Shown here in pieces: positions 1-9,140 of a stretch of DNA of 54,508 nucleotides. The stretch lies in the IMG/VR virus record IMGVR_UViG_3300046167_000912, one strand, 5' to 3'. The notes under the pieces were generated by a model that was not told the origin of the DNA, ran no database searches, and was given only the letters and a program-made list of their open reading frames with translations. Numbering within the stretch: the first letter of the stretch is position 1; each line of letters starts with the position of its first letter. Origin of the DNA: an uncultured virus (IMG/VR IMGVR_UViG_3300046167_000912). Lineage: Duplodnaviria > Heunggongvirae > Uroviricota > Caudoviricetes. The position numbers and the translations under genes were made by a program.

Positions 1-3
1 AAA

Positions 4-3000
4 GTGTATTACCCTTCCTTGTTAGGCTATGAGGGGGATGCCGTAAATCCACCCCTGAAACCTTATGGGTACAGAGTCTCTCTCTCCGCCTCCGTGGTCA
101 CAGTAGACTCTCAAGTGTTGAAACAAGGACTTGTTAAGTTTCGACTTACCTCAAACCCTTGGACTACCCGTCGAGAGATCTCCTACTTCACAGAATCTTT
201 TGAAGCTATAGGTAACAATGCTGACGTACTAGACTTGCCTTCGAACTTCCAAAAGAAAGTTCTCAAGACTCACTCTGGTGTCCCTATCATTTCTTCCGAT
301 TTCATACTCAAAGTGAACGGGGTCGTATTAGAGGACTTCTTCTTGGATGTGGGGAAGAACAAGATAAGCTCCACAGGTGCCTTCGCTCGGGGTGATGACA
401 TCGAGATAACATACCCCAAAGCGAGTTCTGAAGTTAGGCTATTTCGAGAGTTGAACAACCTTGAAATAACCCTCAACGCCACAAGACCTGTGCGGAGTGT
501 GAGTCTGTCTGGCAGGGGAGGTGACAGTCAAAGAGTCATTTCCACCACGCCACCCCTTTCTTATGTCTTAAACTCCGTTGCAGGCGTATTACCCCTGACC
601 CAATCAGAGAAGACATCTACATATTCTGTTCAGAACTCTGACATCCTCAACACACGCAACCAAAATCTGAATAGTACGTTTACCTTGAACAGAGGGTCTC
701 TGAATCAAAACTTATCTCAAGATCAAGTTTACGCCCCCGCAACAAAAACTTTAACCGCCACCAAGAGCGAGATCTTCTTCACTCAGCTAGGGTTCATCCC
801 TTCTTTCGTCTATTCTGTAGTAGATCAGAATGCAATCAGTTACACCTTTAAGGTCACTCAAACTAGCCTCATCTTAGACGGTTACACAAGCCCCGTGACT
901 TTAACTATATCTGCCGTCTCCTCGATGCCCCTTAATCTTGAGCAAGATTGGTTTAAAGGAGAGAGGCTAGCTGAGGGGCAAGCCTTTCTCGCTAAGAAAA
1001 GTACATTAGGTCTCCCCGACCTTCTGGAAGATCGCCCGCAGGATATTATTCAAAACCCACTAGGGATAGACCGAGACCGCAACATTATAGCTAATCGAGT
1101 AGTCAAGGAGCTAGGGCATCGAGGAGAGTACGCCTTTTATGAGGACGAGGTCGCGAGTTACAATCTTAACGGGTCTTCGGGGTTCTTAAATGACCTCAAC
1201 ATCATGTCTTACAAAGACGAGATGCTTCATCAAGACCCCTCCCTATATATCTTAGGCCCTAGAACCGAAACAGAGACCTCAACGGTAAACACGATCCCAA
1301 CCTACCTGTTCTTTAACTATTTATTCCTTAACACTTTTGGAGGAGACAGCCACTACTTCTCTATTTACAGGGTTGGACTTGACGGCGTTAAGTATTACCA
1401 GACTATCACGCCGAGGGCTGACTCTAATGGTTTCTCTGCTGTTGAAGAATACCCAAACCTGCCTGCCCCCAACGGAGCACCTCTAGCCTACCGATTTGTA
1501 GATGATGGGTCTGGTGGAGGTTTCAATCTCAACTACTCGAACGGGGATCTTGCAGACAACTTTTTGGCCGAGGTTAATGCTTCATTCAACCACATACCAA
1601 ATCAGACGTACTTCATAGAGCTATTCATGGAAGAGGATGGAGGAGGGGCAGACTCCTTGTTCTTTTTCTCAAGTGGGTCAGACGCCTCGATTGTGTTAGG
1701 GGCATCTTGGGATACCTCCAATGAAACCTACAGGTTAGATGATGCTTTTGGTGGCGGGCTAGGTGTGACCTATTATTATGAGGTCTTGTTCGCAACCAAT
1801 CCAGGTGAGGTCGTTTCTTTTGATATCACATTAGACGAATTTCCTGCATACCCCAAAGACCCTGAGAATATCGGTCTTACTCATGATATCCTAGAGGTCG
1901 CCTATTACGCAGAGGATGTCTTCCCTACCCCGACATTAGGGTTTGATTCTAACGTTAACTTCATGCCCTCCAGCCCTGACGGAAGCACCCCTTATTTCCG
2001 TCAGGTTGAAGATGAACTCGCATTTGATGCAGTAGCAGAACATGGTTTAATCAACCTTGTCTCAGACAATGAGAGTGGATTAACTTTCTCAAGTCTCGTT
2101 AGTGCGAGCCTTTTCCTGAGACCTTCTTCTGTAGATGAGATAATTGCGACCCCAGAAGACGAGGTTGGAGTAGCTTTAAGATATCAGATACCTAACCTTG
2201 AAGAGGAGATCTCTTTATCCGACGAGATTGAATATACGTATGATCTCGGAAATGTTCTTATTGAAGACGACCTGTTCCTAGACGATGAAGTTTCTACCCA
2301 CCTTGAATACTTAGCCCCTCTTTTAGAGAGCGACGCAAGTCTCTCAGATGAAGTGACTGCGAGGATCACGTCGTTCAAAGTAGACTCAAACTCTTCTATC
2401 TCAGACGAAGTAGGCACAATCTACAGCTTCACTCCGTCGAGTGTGGGGGATAGTTCGCCTGCACCTTCTGATGTTGTCACAACCACCTTCAGTTACCAAA
2501 CACCAGAGCTGAATACAGACGTTCCCGTTCTCACTGACGGGGTTTCTATAAGAACGCCTTCCGTGTCGTTATCTTCTTTGCTAGAGTTGAGCGATGAGGT
2601 TTCAGCCTCGTATTCCCTATCCTCCGTCCATGTAGAAAGCTCTCTTGGCTTCTCCGACACAGTGTCTATTCTCCCGAACTATCAGCCTGTGACACTTGAC
2701 GATGACTACCCTTTGCCTACGGATGATGTCATAGATTCTCTTTCGTTACTGACATCAGATACTGTTTTCATATCTGACGAGGTAGACACTTCTTATCTGC
2801 TCTCCAATATCGCGATAGAAGACAACGTGACAGTTGACGACGAGACTACTGTGGTATTCCGCTATACTCCAATATCAGTTGAGAGCTCAAATGCCTCTAT
2901 CAGTGATGGTACCGAAGAGTCTTTGTCCCTGTTCTACACAGACACGACTTCATTATCCGACGAGGTGAGTACACAATATAACTATGCGTCTGTGTCTGAG

Positions 3001-4452
3001 GGCTCTGTGGCTTCTACCTATCTTGATGATGTCAGTACCACTTCAAGGTATTTGATGACAGGCACAGTTGAAGCTCAGGACGAGGTCTCAATATCTGTCG
3101 CACTCAACAAGAGTGTAGGAGACACCGTGTCCTGCACGGATGAAATCTCTATTACACCATCGCTCTCTCCCGTAGAAATAGGAGATGCCGTGAGTGCTAG
3201 TGATGAAGTGGATACATCATACTCACTCAGCATGGTATCCCTCGAAGATGTCGTAAGTGCTAGTGATGAAGTAGATATTACTTTAAATGAACCCATAGGG
3301 CCTCTTAATGTAGAAAGCCAATTAAGCTTCACAGACGAGGTGGTAATTGTGGAGCGTGCTGAAGTATCCAGCTCCCTATCTTTGTCTGATGAAGCAAACA
3401 CCTCTATAGGAGAGATTGTTACGCCCTCCCTCATACTTGGAATTAAGTATAATGACTTCGCATTTGCCGACAACGAGCTGTTCTCTATATACAAGGGATC
3501 AATGGATACTCTTGTGTACCCCGATGTCTTTGCAATACAGCCAGACTCAAACAGCATTAGCCCTGTTGTAGTGGCTGAAGACAGTAAGGAGATCAGGATA
3601 AGTGCGGCTCTAGCAGACACTAGCTACAGTAACGCCAATGATGATGCTAACCTGAGAATAGGTAGCTTAGAGTATGACACAAATTATACCTTATACGCCT
3701 ATACCGAGTTTTTGGACAGCTCCCCTGATATCTCCGCAGCATTCAGGGCAGGGTCTTCTGCCCTAGACCCCTCTGCTTTCTTGTTCGGGAAAGGATATAA
3801 CGACCTAATGCCTGGTAATCCCTCTTCAGGAGACTCTGGGAAATACTATTTGCACACTTTCCGTATTCGAAGCTCGGATGATGTCGTTGTTTTCAACGCA
3901 GATAATCCGAACACCTTCCCTTTCGGCTTCTCTTCAAATGCGAGGCTGTATATGCACTTTAAGTTCACACACTCTGTCTCAGGAGACGATTCGGCAGTAT
4001 TTAGACTTAGGGAAGCGAAATCGGAAGCCACGTTCTCTAGTCCTGACGGGTCTCCTGCGGACACAACAGGTTGGGTGGCTCCTAGCATACACGCAAGTAT
4101 CGCAGGGTTATCTAACTCCGCACCCAGCGGAAATTACGTTGAAACGACCCTACCTAATTCTACGGTGAGTAACACGGACAATGACGCTCAGGTGTCTTGG
4201 GATTTAACCGTCGGCACAAGATACCACTTGCAAACCACTCAGTACGACAACAACCCTGACTTTGAAGTCTGCCTAGAAGCGAGAGCTGAGGACAGCGGGG
4301 CTTCTTGGGACACCACATACTCTTCGTCAGACACGCTCGAATACACAGAGCTTCTCACTAACAATGATGGTCTCGAGACCACATGGAACCACTTCTTTAC
4401 AATCCGTAAAGACGGGTTCATCATCTGGGAGCAAGATCCTTCTGGGTCTTAA
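4..4452 (+). CDS. Large virion structural protein (fibre/baseplate appendage) with an acidic repeat stalk; probably 5'-truncated by the window edge
   Basis: 1482 aa ORF, frame open to base 1; S/D/E/V/T-rich repeats; upstream of tail-collar-like genes. Confidence 0.7.
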   Translation: MYYPSLLGYEGDAVNPPLKPYGYRVSLSASVVTVDSQVLKQGLVKFRLTSNPWTTRREISYFTESFEAIGNNADVLDLPSNFQKKVLKTHSGVPIISSDFILKVNGVVLEDFFLDVGKNKISSTGAFARGDDIEITYPKASSEVRLFRELNNLEITLNATRPVRSVSLSGRGGDSQRVISTTPPLSYVLNSVAGVLPLTQSEKTSTYSVQNSDILNTRNQNLNSTFTLNRGSLNQNLSQDQVYAPATKTLTATKSEIFFTQLGFIPSFVYSVVDQNAISYTFKVTQTSLILDGYTSPVTLTISAVSSMPLNLEQDWFKGERLAEGQAFLAKKSTLGLPDLLEDRPQDIIQNPLGIDRDRNIIANRVVKELGHRGEYAFYEDEVASYNLNGSSGFLNDLNIMSYKDEMLHQDPSLYILGPRTETETSTVNTIPTYLFFNYLFLNTFGGDSHYFSIYRVGLDGVKYYQTITPRADSNGFSAVEEYPNLPAPNGAPLAYRFVDDGSGGGFNLNYSNGDLADNFLAEVNASFNHIPNQTYFIELFMEEDGGGADSLFFFSSGSDASIVLGASWDTSNETYRLDDAFGGGLGVTYYYEVLFATNPGEVVSFDITLDEFPAYPKDPENIGLTHDILEVAYYAEDVFPTPTLGFDSNVNFMPSSPDGSTPYFRQVEDELAFDAVAEHGLINLVSDNESGLTFSSLVSASLFLRPSSVDEIIATPEDEVGVALRYQIPNLEEEISLSDEIEYTYDLGNVLIEDDLFLDDEVSTHLEYLAPLLESDASLSDEVTARITSFKVDSNSSISDEVGTIYSFTPSSVGDSSPAPSDVVTTTFSYQTPELNTDVPVLTDGVSIRTPSVSLSSLLELSDEVSASYSLSSVHVESSLGFSDTVSILPNYQPVTLDDDYPLPTDDVIDSLSLLTSDTVFISDEVDTSYLLSNIAIEDNVTVDDETTVVFRYTPISVESSNASISDGTEESLSLFYTDTTSLSDEVSTQYNYASVSEGSVASTYLDDVSTTSRYLMTGTVEAQDEVSISVALNKSVGDTVSCTDEISITPSLSPVEIGDAVSASDEVDTSYSLSMVSLEDVVSASDEVDITLNEPIGPLNVESQLSFTDEVVIVERAEVSSSLSLSDEANTSIGEIVTPSLILGIKYNDFAFADNELFSIYKGSMDTLVYPDVFAIQPDSNSISPVVVAEDSKEIRISAALADTSYSNANDDANLRIGSLEYDTNYTLYAYTEFLDSSPDISAAFRAGSSALDPSAFLFGKGYNDLMPGNPSSGDSGKYYLHTFRIRSSDDVVVFNADNPNTFPFGFSSNARLYMHFKFTHSVSGDDSAVFRLREAKSEATFSSPDGSPADTTGWVAPSIHASIAGLSNSAPSGNYVETTLPNSTVSNTDNDAQVSWDLTVGTRYHLQTTQYDNNPDFEVCLEARAEDSGASWDTTYSSSDTLEYTELLTNNDGLETTWNHFFTIRKDGFIIWEQDPSGS
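2100..3420 (+). repeat. Degenerate ~20-22 aa acidic coding repeats ([S/T]D[E/D/G]V core)
   Basis: Recurrent LSDEV/ISDEV/ASDEV/PTDDV units; DNA 17-mer agtgctagtgatgaagt at 3193 and 3256 (63 nt period); boundaries approximate. Confidence 0.8.
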
Positions 4453-4464
4453 TACTCTTTTTAT
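4453..4464 (+). promoter_or_regulatory. Putative late promoter motif (TACTCTTTTTAT)
   Basis: Copy of the shared TAVYYNNTWTAT motif, 36 nt upstream of ATG 4501. Confidence 0.55.
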
Positions 4465-4500
4465 ACACCCTTACCCTCAGACCAATCAAAGGAGAAACTG

Positions 4501-5208
4501 ATGTTTAACATTCAAGGATATGTAGAAGTCACCCTCAAGGACGCCCAAGGCAATGTCCTACAGCACGAAGAAGGCCCTAACACTGTTGTTCAAATGTCGA
4601 ATAACATCCTCATGGACTCAATTCTTCCTCGTCTAGGCTCAAACGGCGGTGCGACTGCCGTAGCTAACAGACCTGAAGGATCAAACATGGACGATGATAC
4701 CGCATTCCCTAATGGTGGTAATTACATCGGACCTGCTGGAGCGAGCACTAACACTTCAGCCGCACACACGATTAACAACATCGGCTATATCGCTGTGGGT
4801 GACAATGTCGGAACAGACTCTGCGGGTAACGCCCACCTTATCGGAGACCAGAACACTGACGTTGGGAGTCCGAGCACGCAGGTAAACATGGTGGACGATT
4901 CTTTCAGTCTCACTAGCACAGCCCCTTACTTCGCAAGGATTGTAGATTCGGTGTCTTTCCCTGCATATAACAAGATCCGTTTTACCTCTACGTTCGCCAC
5001 TACGGAAGGTAACATCACAAACGGAATAGCGGAGATCGGGCTTTGGACTGCGGGAGACAACGTGGACGCAGAGGGGTTTGTAAACACCACTACTCCTACC
5101 TCGACCTCCAACATGAGGCTTTTCGCGAGAAAAGTGCTTTCTAACACCATTACTAAGACCGACGATGGTACGCTTGAGATTAGCTACACCATCACACTTA
5201 ACGCTTAA
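4501..5208 (+). CDS. Structural protein, tail-collar/fibre-attachment (DUF3751-like) fold
   Basis: AAGGAG RBS; pattern N-x-VV...IAVG...FTSTF...EIGL...LFARK...ITK...LEISYTI typical of this phage family. Confidence 0.6.
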   Translation: MFNIQGYVEVTLKDAQGNVLQHEEGPNTVVQMSNNILMDSILPRLGSNGGATAVANRPEGSNMDDDTAFPNGGNYIGPAGASTNTSAAHTINNIGYIAVGDNVGTDSAGNAHLIGDQNTDVGSPSTQVNMVDDSFSLTSTAPYFARIVDSVSFPAYNKIRFTSTFATTEGNITNGIAEIGLWTAGDNVDAEGFVNTTTPTSTSNMRLFARKVLSNTITKTDDGTLEISYTITLNA

Positions 5209-5237
5209 TAATGGGTTGAAGTAGGAGGGGATCTTTT

Positions 5238-5249
5238 TAGTTATTTTAT
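5238..5249 (+). promoter_or_regulatory. Putative late promoter motif (TAGTTATTTTAT)
   Basis: Shared motif, 38 nt upstream of ATG 5288. Confidence 0.55.
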
Positions 5250-5287
5250 CACCTCCATGTCATACCCCAGAACTTGTGGAGGAAAAC

Positions 5288-5938
5288 ATGATCAAATCTA
5301 GAATAACACCCCCTCGTACTTCTGCATTTAACTTAGGATTTGGCTTCAAAGAAGCACAAATTCAAGTGAGAGGCGATGTCTTTGCAACCCTCACGTCCCC
5401 CTCTGGGGATGAAGAGATTGTCATAGATAAATCGAACATCTACACCCTAGACGGTGGGGTTCTTGCCGCGATCCTCTTTTCAAATAATGCAGGAGCGGGT
5501 AACGCCCGCTTTGTTAATATGTTATCCGTGGGTACGGGTGCATCTGGGTCTCAACAGAGCCCTGATATCCCCGACTACCAACAAAGGGGGTTGAATTCCC
5601 CTCTGTATAAAAAGACTTTCTCTAGTGTACTCTATCGAAAAGCAGACGGCTCTTTGAGTGAAGACGGTAACGGTAACCCAATACCTACAAACATTGTAGA
5701 CTTCACCACCACTTTTGAATCCGCAGAGGCTGTAGGTGCGTTGACGGAGATGGGTCTTGTCTCCTCTTTGAATGAGACACCTACGGGGTTTGTAAGCAAC
5801 CCAAATAATTTCCCTCAAGATAGGGACATCACCGAGAATATCAACGCTTACGACACTTTAGTGAATTACCTCACCTTTCCTGTAATCAACAAGCCTAATG
5901 GGGCGATACTCGCGATCACATGGCGACTTACTTTCTAA
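5288..5938 (+). CDS. Structural protein, paralogue of 4501-5208
   Basis: GGAGG RBS before ATG 5288; LSVGTG...FTTTF...EMGL...INK...LAITWRLTF aligns by eye with the upstream gene. Confidence 0.6.
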   Translation: MIKSRITPPRTSAFNLGFGFKEAQIQVRGDVFATLTSPSGDEEIVIDKSNIYTLDGGVLAAILFSNNAGAGNARFVNMLSVGTGASGSQQSPDIPDYQQRGLNSPLYKKTFSSVLYRKADGSLSEDGNGNPIPTNIVDFTTTFESAEAVGALTEMGLVSSLNETPTGFVSNPNNFPQDRDITENINAYDTLVNYLTFPVINKPNGAILAITWRLTF

Positions 5939-5950
5939 GAAGGGTTGATT

Positions 5951-8900
5951 ATGAAATTTCTTTCCTCTACCAGCAGAGACCTAGACCCTAAGAACTATGC
6001 TTGGGACTCTGTAGTACACCAATTCAACAGGCCACTGCTCGACAGTGAACTCAACTTAGCACAAGACTTGTTGAATAAGAAGCTCACTACACCATCAGGA
6101 GTTCTCTCTTCTCAGGCAACAAGGGATGCAGGCAAGATTGTATTTGAAACACCCTTCACAGGAGATAGTCCAAACAAGGTTTCTAACCCTTCTTTCCTCG
6201 CTAATACTCTGAACATTGAGAGGTTCAAGGCATCCGTAAATGGTATGCTGGTTGACGTTAAGGGAACCAACTCCACAGATCCAAGCATGAACCGTGTTAC
6301 TCTTTCAGAGCCTCTAGAGACAGGTAGTCTTGTAGACTTCGTGTTCCTTGAAGTATGGAGAAAAGAGGTCACTCCTTCTATGGGTGCACGGGCGAGGCTA
6401 CGAATAGCAAGCCCTCTTGACAATGACACCCTCTCCTTTGCAGACAGTGTCACCACTGTTACCTTAACAGCGGGTGTGGATTTTCAAGTAAGCAACTCTA
6501 GCCCAGAGACAGCTCGAAACCTCTCTGATGCAATCAACAATCATGGAGGGCAGGGACTAGGGCTGACAGTGGGTAATGTCAAGGTGACTTCTGAGACGAG
6601 AGGCACGCAATATCTCTTCCTTAGTTTAACAGGCGGAAGTCAGGGCAACTCTCCCACTTTTAACATTACGCCTAATAGCACAGGGGTAACTGTAGTAGGT
6701 GTCCCCGCAGGCGGGTCAGATGGAGAAGGTAAGCCGAACGCCAACAAGGTCTATTACGCAGGCAATCTGGATAGTCACAGCAGCCTATATCTAGACGACA
6801 ATATCCAAGACCCTACCCTAAATGTGTCTTCGAGCAGAAGAGTTCAGGTTCAATACCGACTGAGGGTACACCAAATCTTTAACTATGCTGTTTCCCAAAA
6901 CATCTTTGGATTTGAACATTTTAACCTTCGAGCTCAGGGGTCTAACCAAGCCCCCCTTAACAACTTCTCTTTTTCCAAACACATCGAAGATACGGGGCTT
7001 TGGTATTCGGGGTCGGGTTCAGAATCTGATTCAGAGAATCTAGGTACGGTGGACGGCTATATCTATGCGATCCCTGTTGCTTTTGTCTATCGAAGAAACA
7101 AGCCCGTTAGTGGCACAGAGGGGTTTCAACCGCTCGATAGATACAATACGGGAGTTCTACATGACCATGATGGAAGTTCGCTCTCTGGGAACATCTACAT
7201 AGATAATGTCCCCGCTACAGATTCAGACCGCCCTGATGGTTTGTTCGCTGATGAGATCTCCGAAGAAGATGTCTTGGATCTGAGGAGAAAGGTGTTTCCT
7301 CAAGGATTAGATTTGTCTTCGGAACTGAGACGCCAATACCACTCTCTTTTAGACGGAACAAATAAGACTTGGATTGCCTCAGCTCACAATCTAGCGGATA
7401 CGGGTAATGGGACGGCGGGGATATCACACACACCTCTTATGTGTGATGTTTTTGGAAGCTCCGCTAACACCTTGAACATAGGCAACCATAAGAGAGACTT
7501 CAATCACTTTTCCAGAAGGTTCTCAAATGCCCCTGTTGTAGAGAGGGTCTTCATCGTGATCTTGCCTAGTGCAGGAGGCAACCCGCAAGGTGTTTCTTAC
7601 ACAAATTCCCACCCTGTTCAAACGGGATGGCATGAGGGAGATGTGGTTGAGGTTGATATATCTCAACTCGACTCTAAGGGAGACATCAATTGGCAACCTC
7701 TAGATATCCTCCACACCCCTGTTAACGGCATTAACCTACCTGCAGGTACGAAGGTAACAGATATCGGGCTCTGTTGGCACAATGACGGACACTATGTGAA
7801 CACAATAGCTCAAGACGTTGTATTTACTAGCATCTTGGGGCTTGGTACTGACACGATCACTTTGACCTTTGCAGAGAACAGTCTCATATCAAATGGAGGC
7901 ACTCTTGCTGGTGCTGACAGACCCCTTGTTAGTAATGACTTCGCGGTGAGTGGTAGTGTCAACACTGTCTTGGTGGAGTTAATATTAGAAACACCATCTG
8001 GAGATTTAGGGCTAACAGGATTGGTCAGTGAAATACCTGACACGCATAAAGGCTCATACTCTACAGGGTCTGTCATCCCCTTAAATGATCCTGAGAACCC
8101 CCAGAACCTCTATCCGAGTGTCGGGAATGGGGTGACATCCCCGATTGTGAACTTCAGAAAAGGCAAAAAAGAAGTCACCCTAGAGTATGTCTATGGGCTG
8201 AGAACTGATAATTTTGTGTCCAGCAACAGCTCATTTACACGGCTACCTCACAGGGTGTATGGCGATACCTCTACTATCGTAATGACGGATATTTCAAACC
8301 CCGCAAGCCCTACTGTCCTAAATTTAGATTCTGCAAACTCTAAGTTCTCACACTCAGAACCTATTTTGAGCTGGGTTGGAGGATGGGTTAGTGGCCAGAG
8401 GGCAGTTGAAGTCCAATACCACCCTGTCCTTCCGTACCACGCTACGGACACCTCAAATAGTAGTGTGTTCGTCTTTTACAATAGAATTGCACCTCAGACG
8501 TGCGGGTCGGATTTCCCTCTCGCACAAGCCAATATAAGCACAAGTAGCGGTGGTGTTGTACCTGTTGAGTTGGAACTCCAGCCTTTGGCTATCGGAGACA
8601 ACATTACCTCTCTCTCAAGATCCGACTTCTCTTATCCTTTTGAAGAACCTCTTGAGCAGTTGGCTTCCGCACCTCTGGCGGAGAGTCAAGGATACAATGA
8701 GTACCTTGTCTTAAACAGCAACGAGGTCTTCTTAGACGACCTTACTATTAACACGGGAAGCGTAGACCTACCTGCATTGGTGCCAATATCTTCTAACACC
8801 AATATTCAGCTAGGGAGTACCTTAACCCCTCCTGTGAAAGACAACTACAATCGTGCTTTATACAGGACAGTGATTGAAGACACATACTTCCCTGCGAGCT

Positions 8901-9136
8901 TTGCTAAGAACCTTTCTAACATCAGCAGGCACTACAAGAACGTCGCCCCTTGTCTGATGAAAGTAACCTCTGACTCTCACACCCTCTTCAGAAAAGGAGA
9001 GGTGGTCTTGGTCTTATTCATAAAAACTTCTAGCTGGGGGCAGAGTGTCTCTGTAGACATGAGGTCTGACCTTAACACTAATCTTGTTGTAGCTTGTGTT
9101 TACCGCACTGACAATCTCATTCTCTTGGGGGAGTAA
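5951..9136 (+). CDS. Baseplate/tail-fibre structural protein with DUF4815/DUF6519-like N-terminus
   Basis: ~1060 aa; N-terminal SRDLDP...VVHQ..RPLLDSELN; DFVFLEVW, RRVQVQY and RPDGLFADEI blocks shared with 15642-20825. Confidence 0.65.
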   Translation: MKFLSSTSRDLDPKNYAWDSVVHQFNRPLLDSELNLAQDLLNKKLTTPSGVLSSQATRDAGKIVFETPFTGDSPNKVSNPSFLANTLNIERFKASVNGMLVDVKGTNSTDPSMNRVTLSEPLETGSLVDFVFLEVWRKEVTPSMGARARLRIASPLDNDTLSFADSVTTVTLTAGVDFQVSNSSPETARNLSDAINNHGGQGLGLTVGNVKVTSETRGTQYLFLSLTGGSQGNSPTFNITPNSTGVTVVGVPAGGSDGEGKPNANKVYYAGNLDSHSSLYLDDNIQDPTLNVSSSRRVQVQYRLRVHQIFNYAVSQNIFGFEHFNLRAQGSNQAPLNNFSFSKHIEDTGLWYSGSGSESDSENLGTVDGYIYAIPVAFVYRRNKPVSGTEGFQPLDRYNTGVLHDHDGSSLSGNIYIDNVPATDSDRPDGLFADEISEEDVLDLRRKVFPQGLDLSSELRRQYHSLLDGTNKTWIASAHNLADTGNGTAGISHTPLMCDVFGSSANTLNIGNHKRDFNHFSRRFSNAPVVERVFIVILPSAGGNPQGVSYTNSHPVQTGWHEGDVVEVDISQLDSKGDINWQPLDILHTPVNGINLPAGTKVTDIGLCWHNDGHYVNTIAQDVVFTSILGLGTDTITLTFAENSLISNGGTLAGADRPLVSNDFAVSGSVNTVLVELILETPSGDLGLTGLVSEIPDTHKGSYSTGSVIPLNDPENPQNLYPSVGNGVTSPIVNFRKGKKEVTLEYVYGLRTDNFVSSNSSFTRLPHRVYGDTSTIVMTDISNPASPTVLNLDSANSKFSHSEPILSWVGGWVSGQRAVEVQYHPVLPYHATDTSNSSVFVFYNRIAPQTCGSDFPLAQANISTSSGGVVPVELELQPLAIGDNITSLSRSDFSYPFEEPLEQLASAPLAESQGYNEYLVLNSNEVFLDDLTINTGSVDLPALVPISSNTNIQLGSTLTPPVKDNYNRALYRTVIEDTYFPASFAKNLSNISRHYKNVAPCLMKVTSDSHTLFRKGEVVLVLFIKTSSWGQSVSVDMRSDLNTNLVVACVYRTDNLILLGE

Positions 9137-9140
9137 TCAA

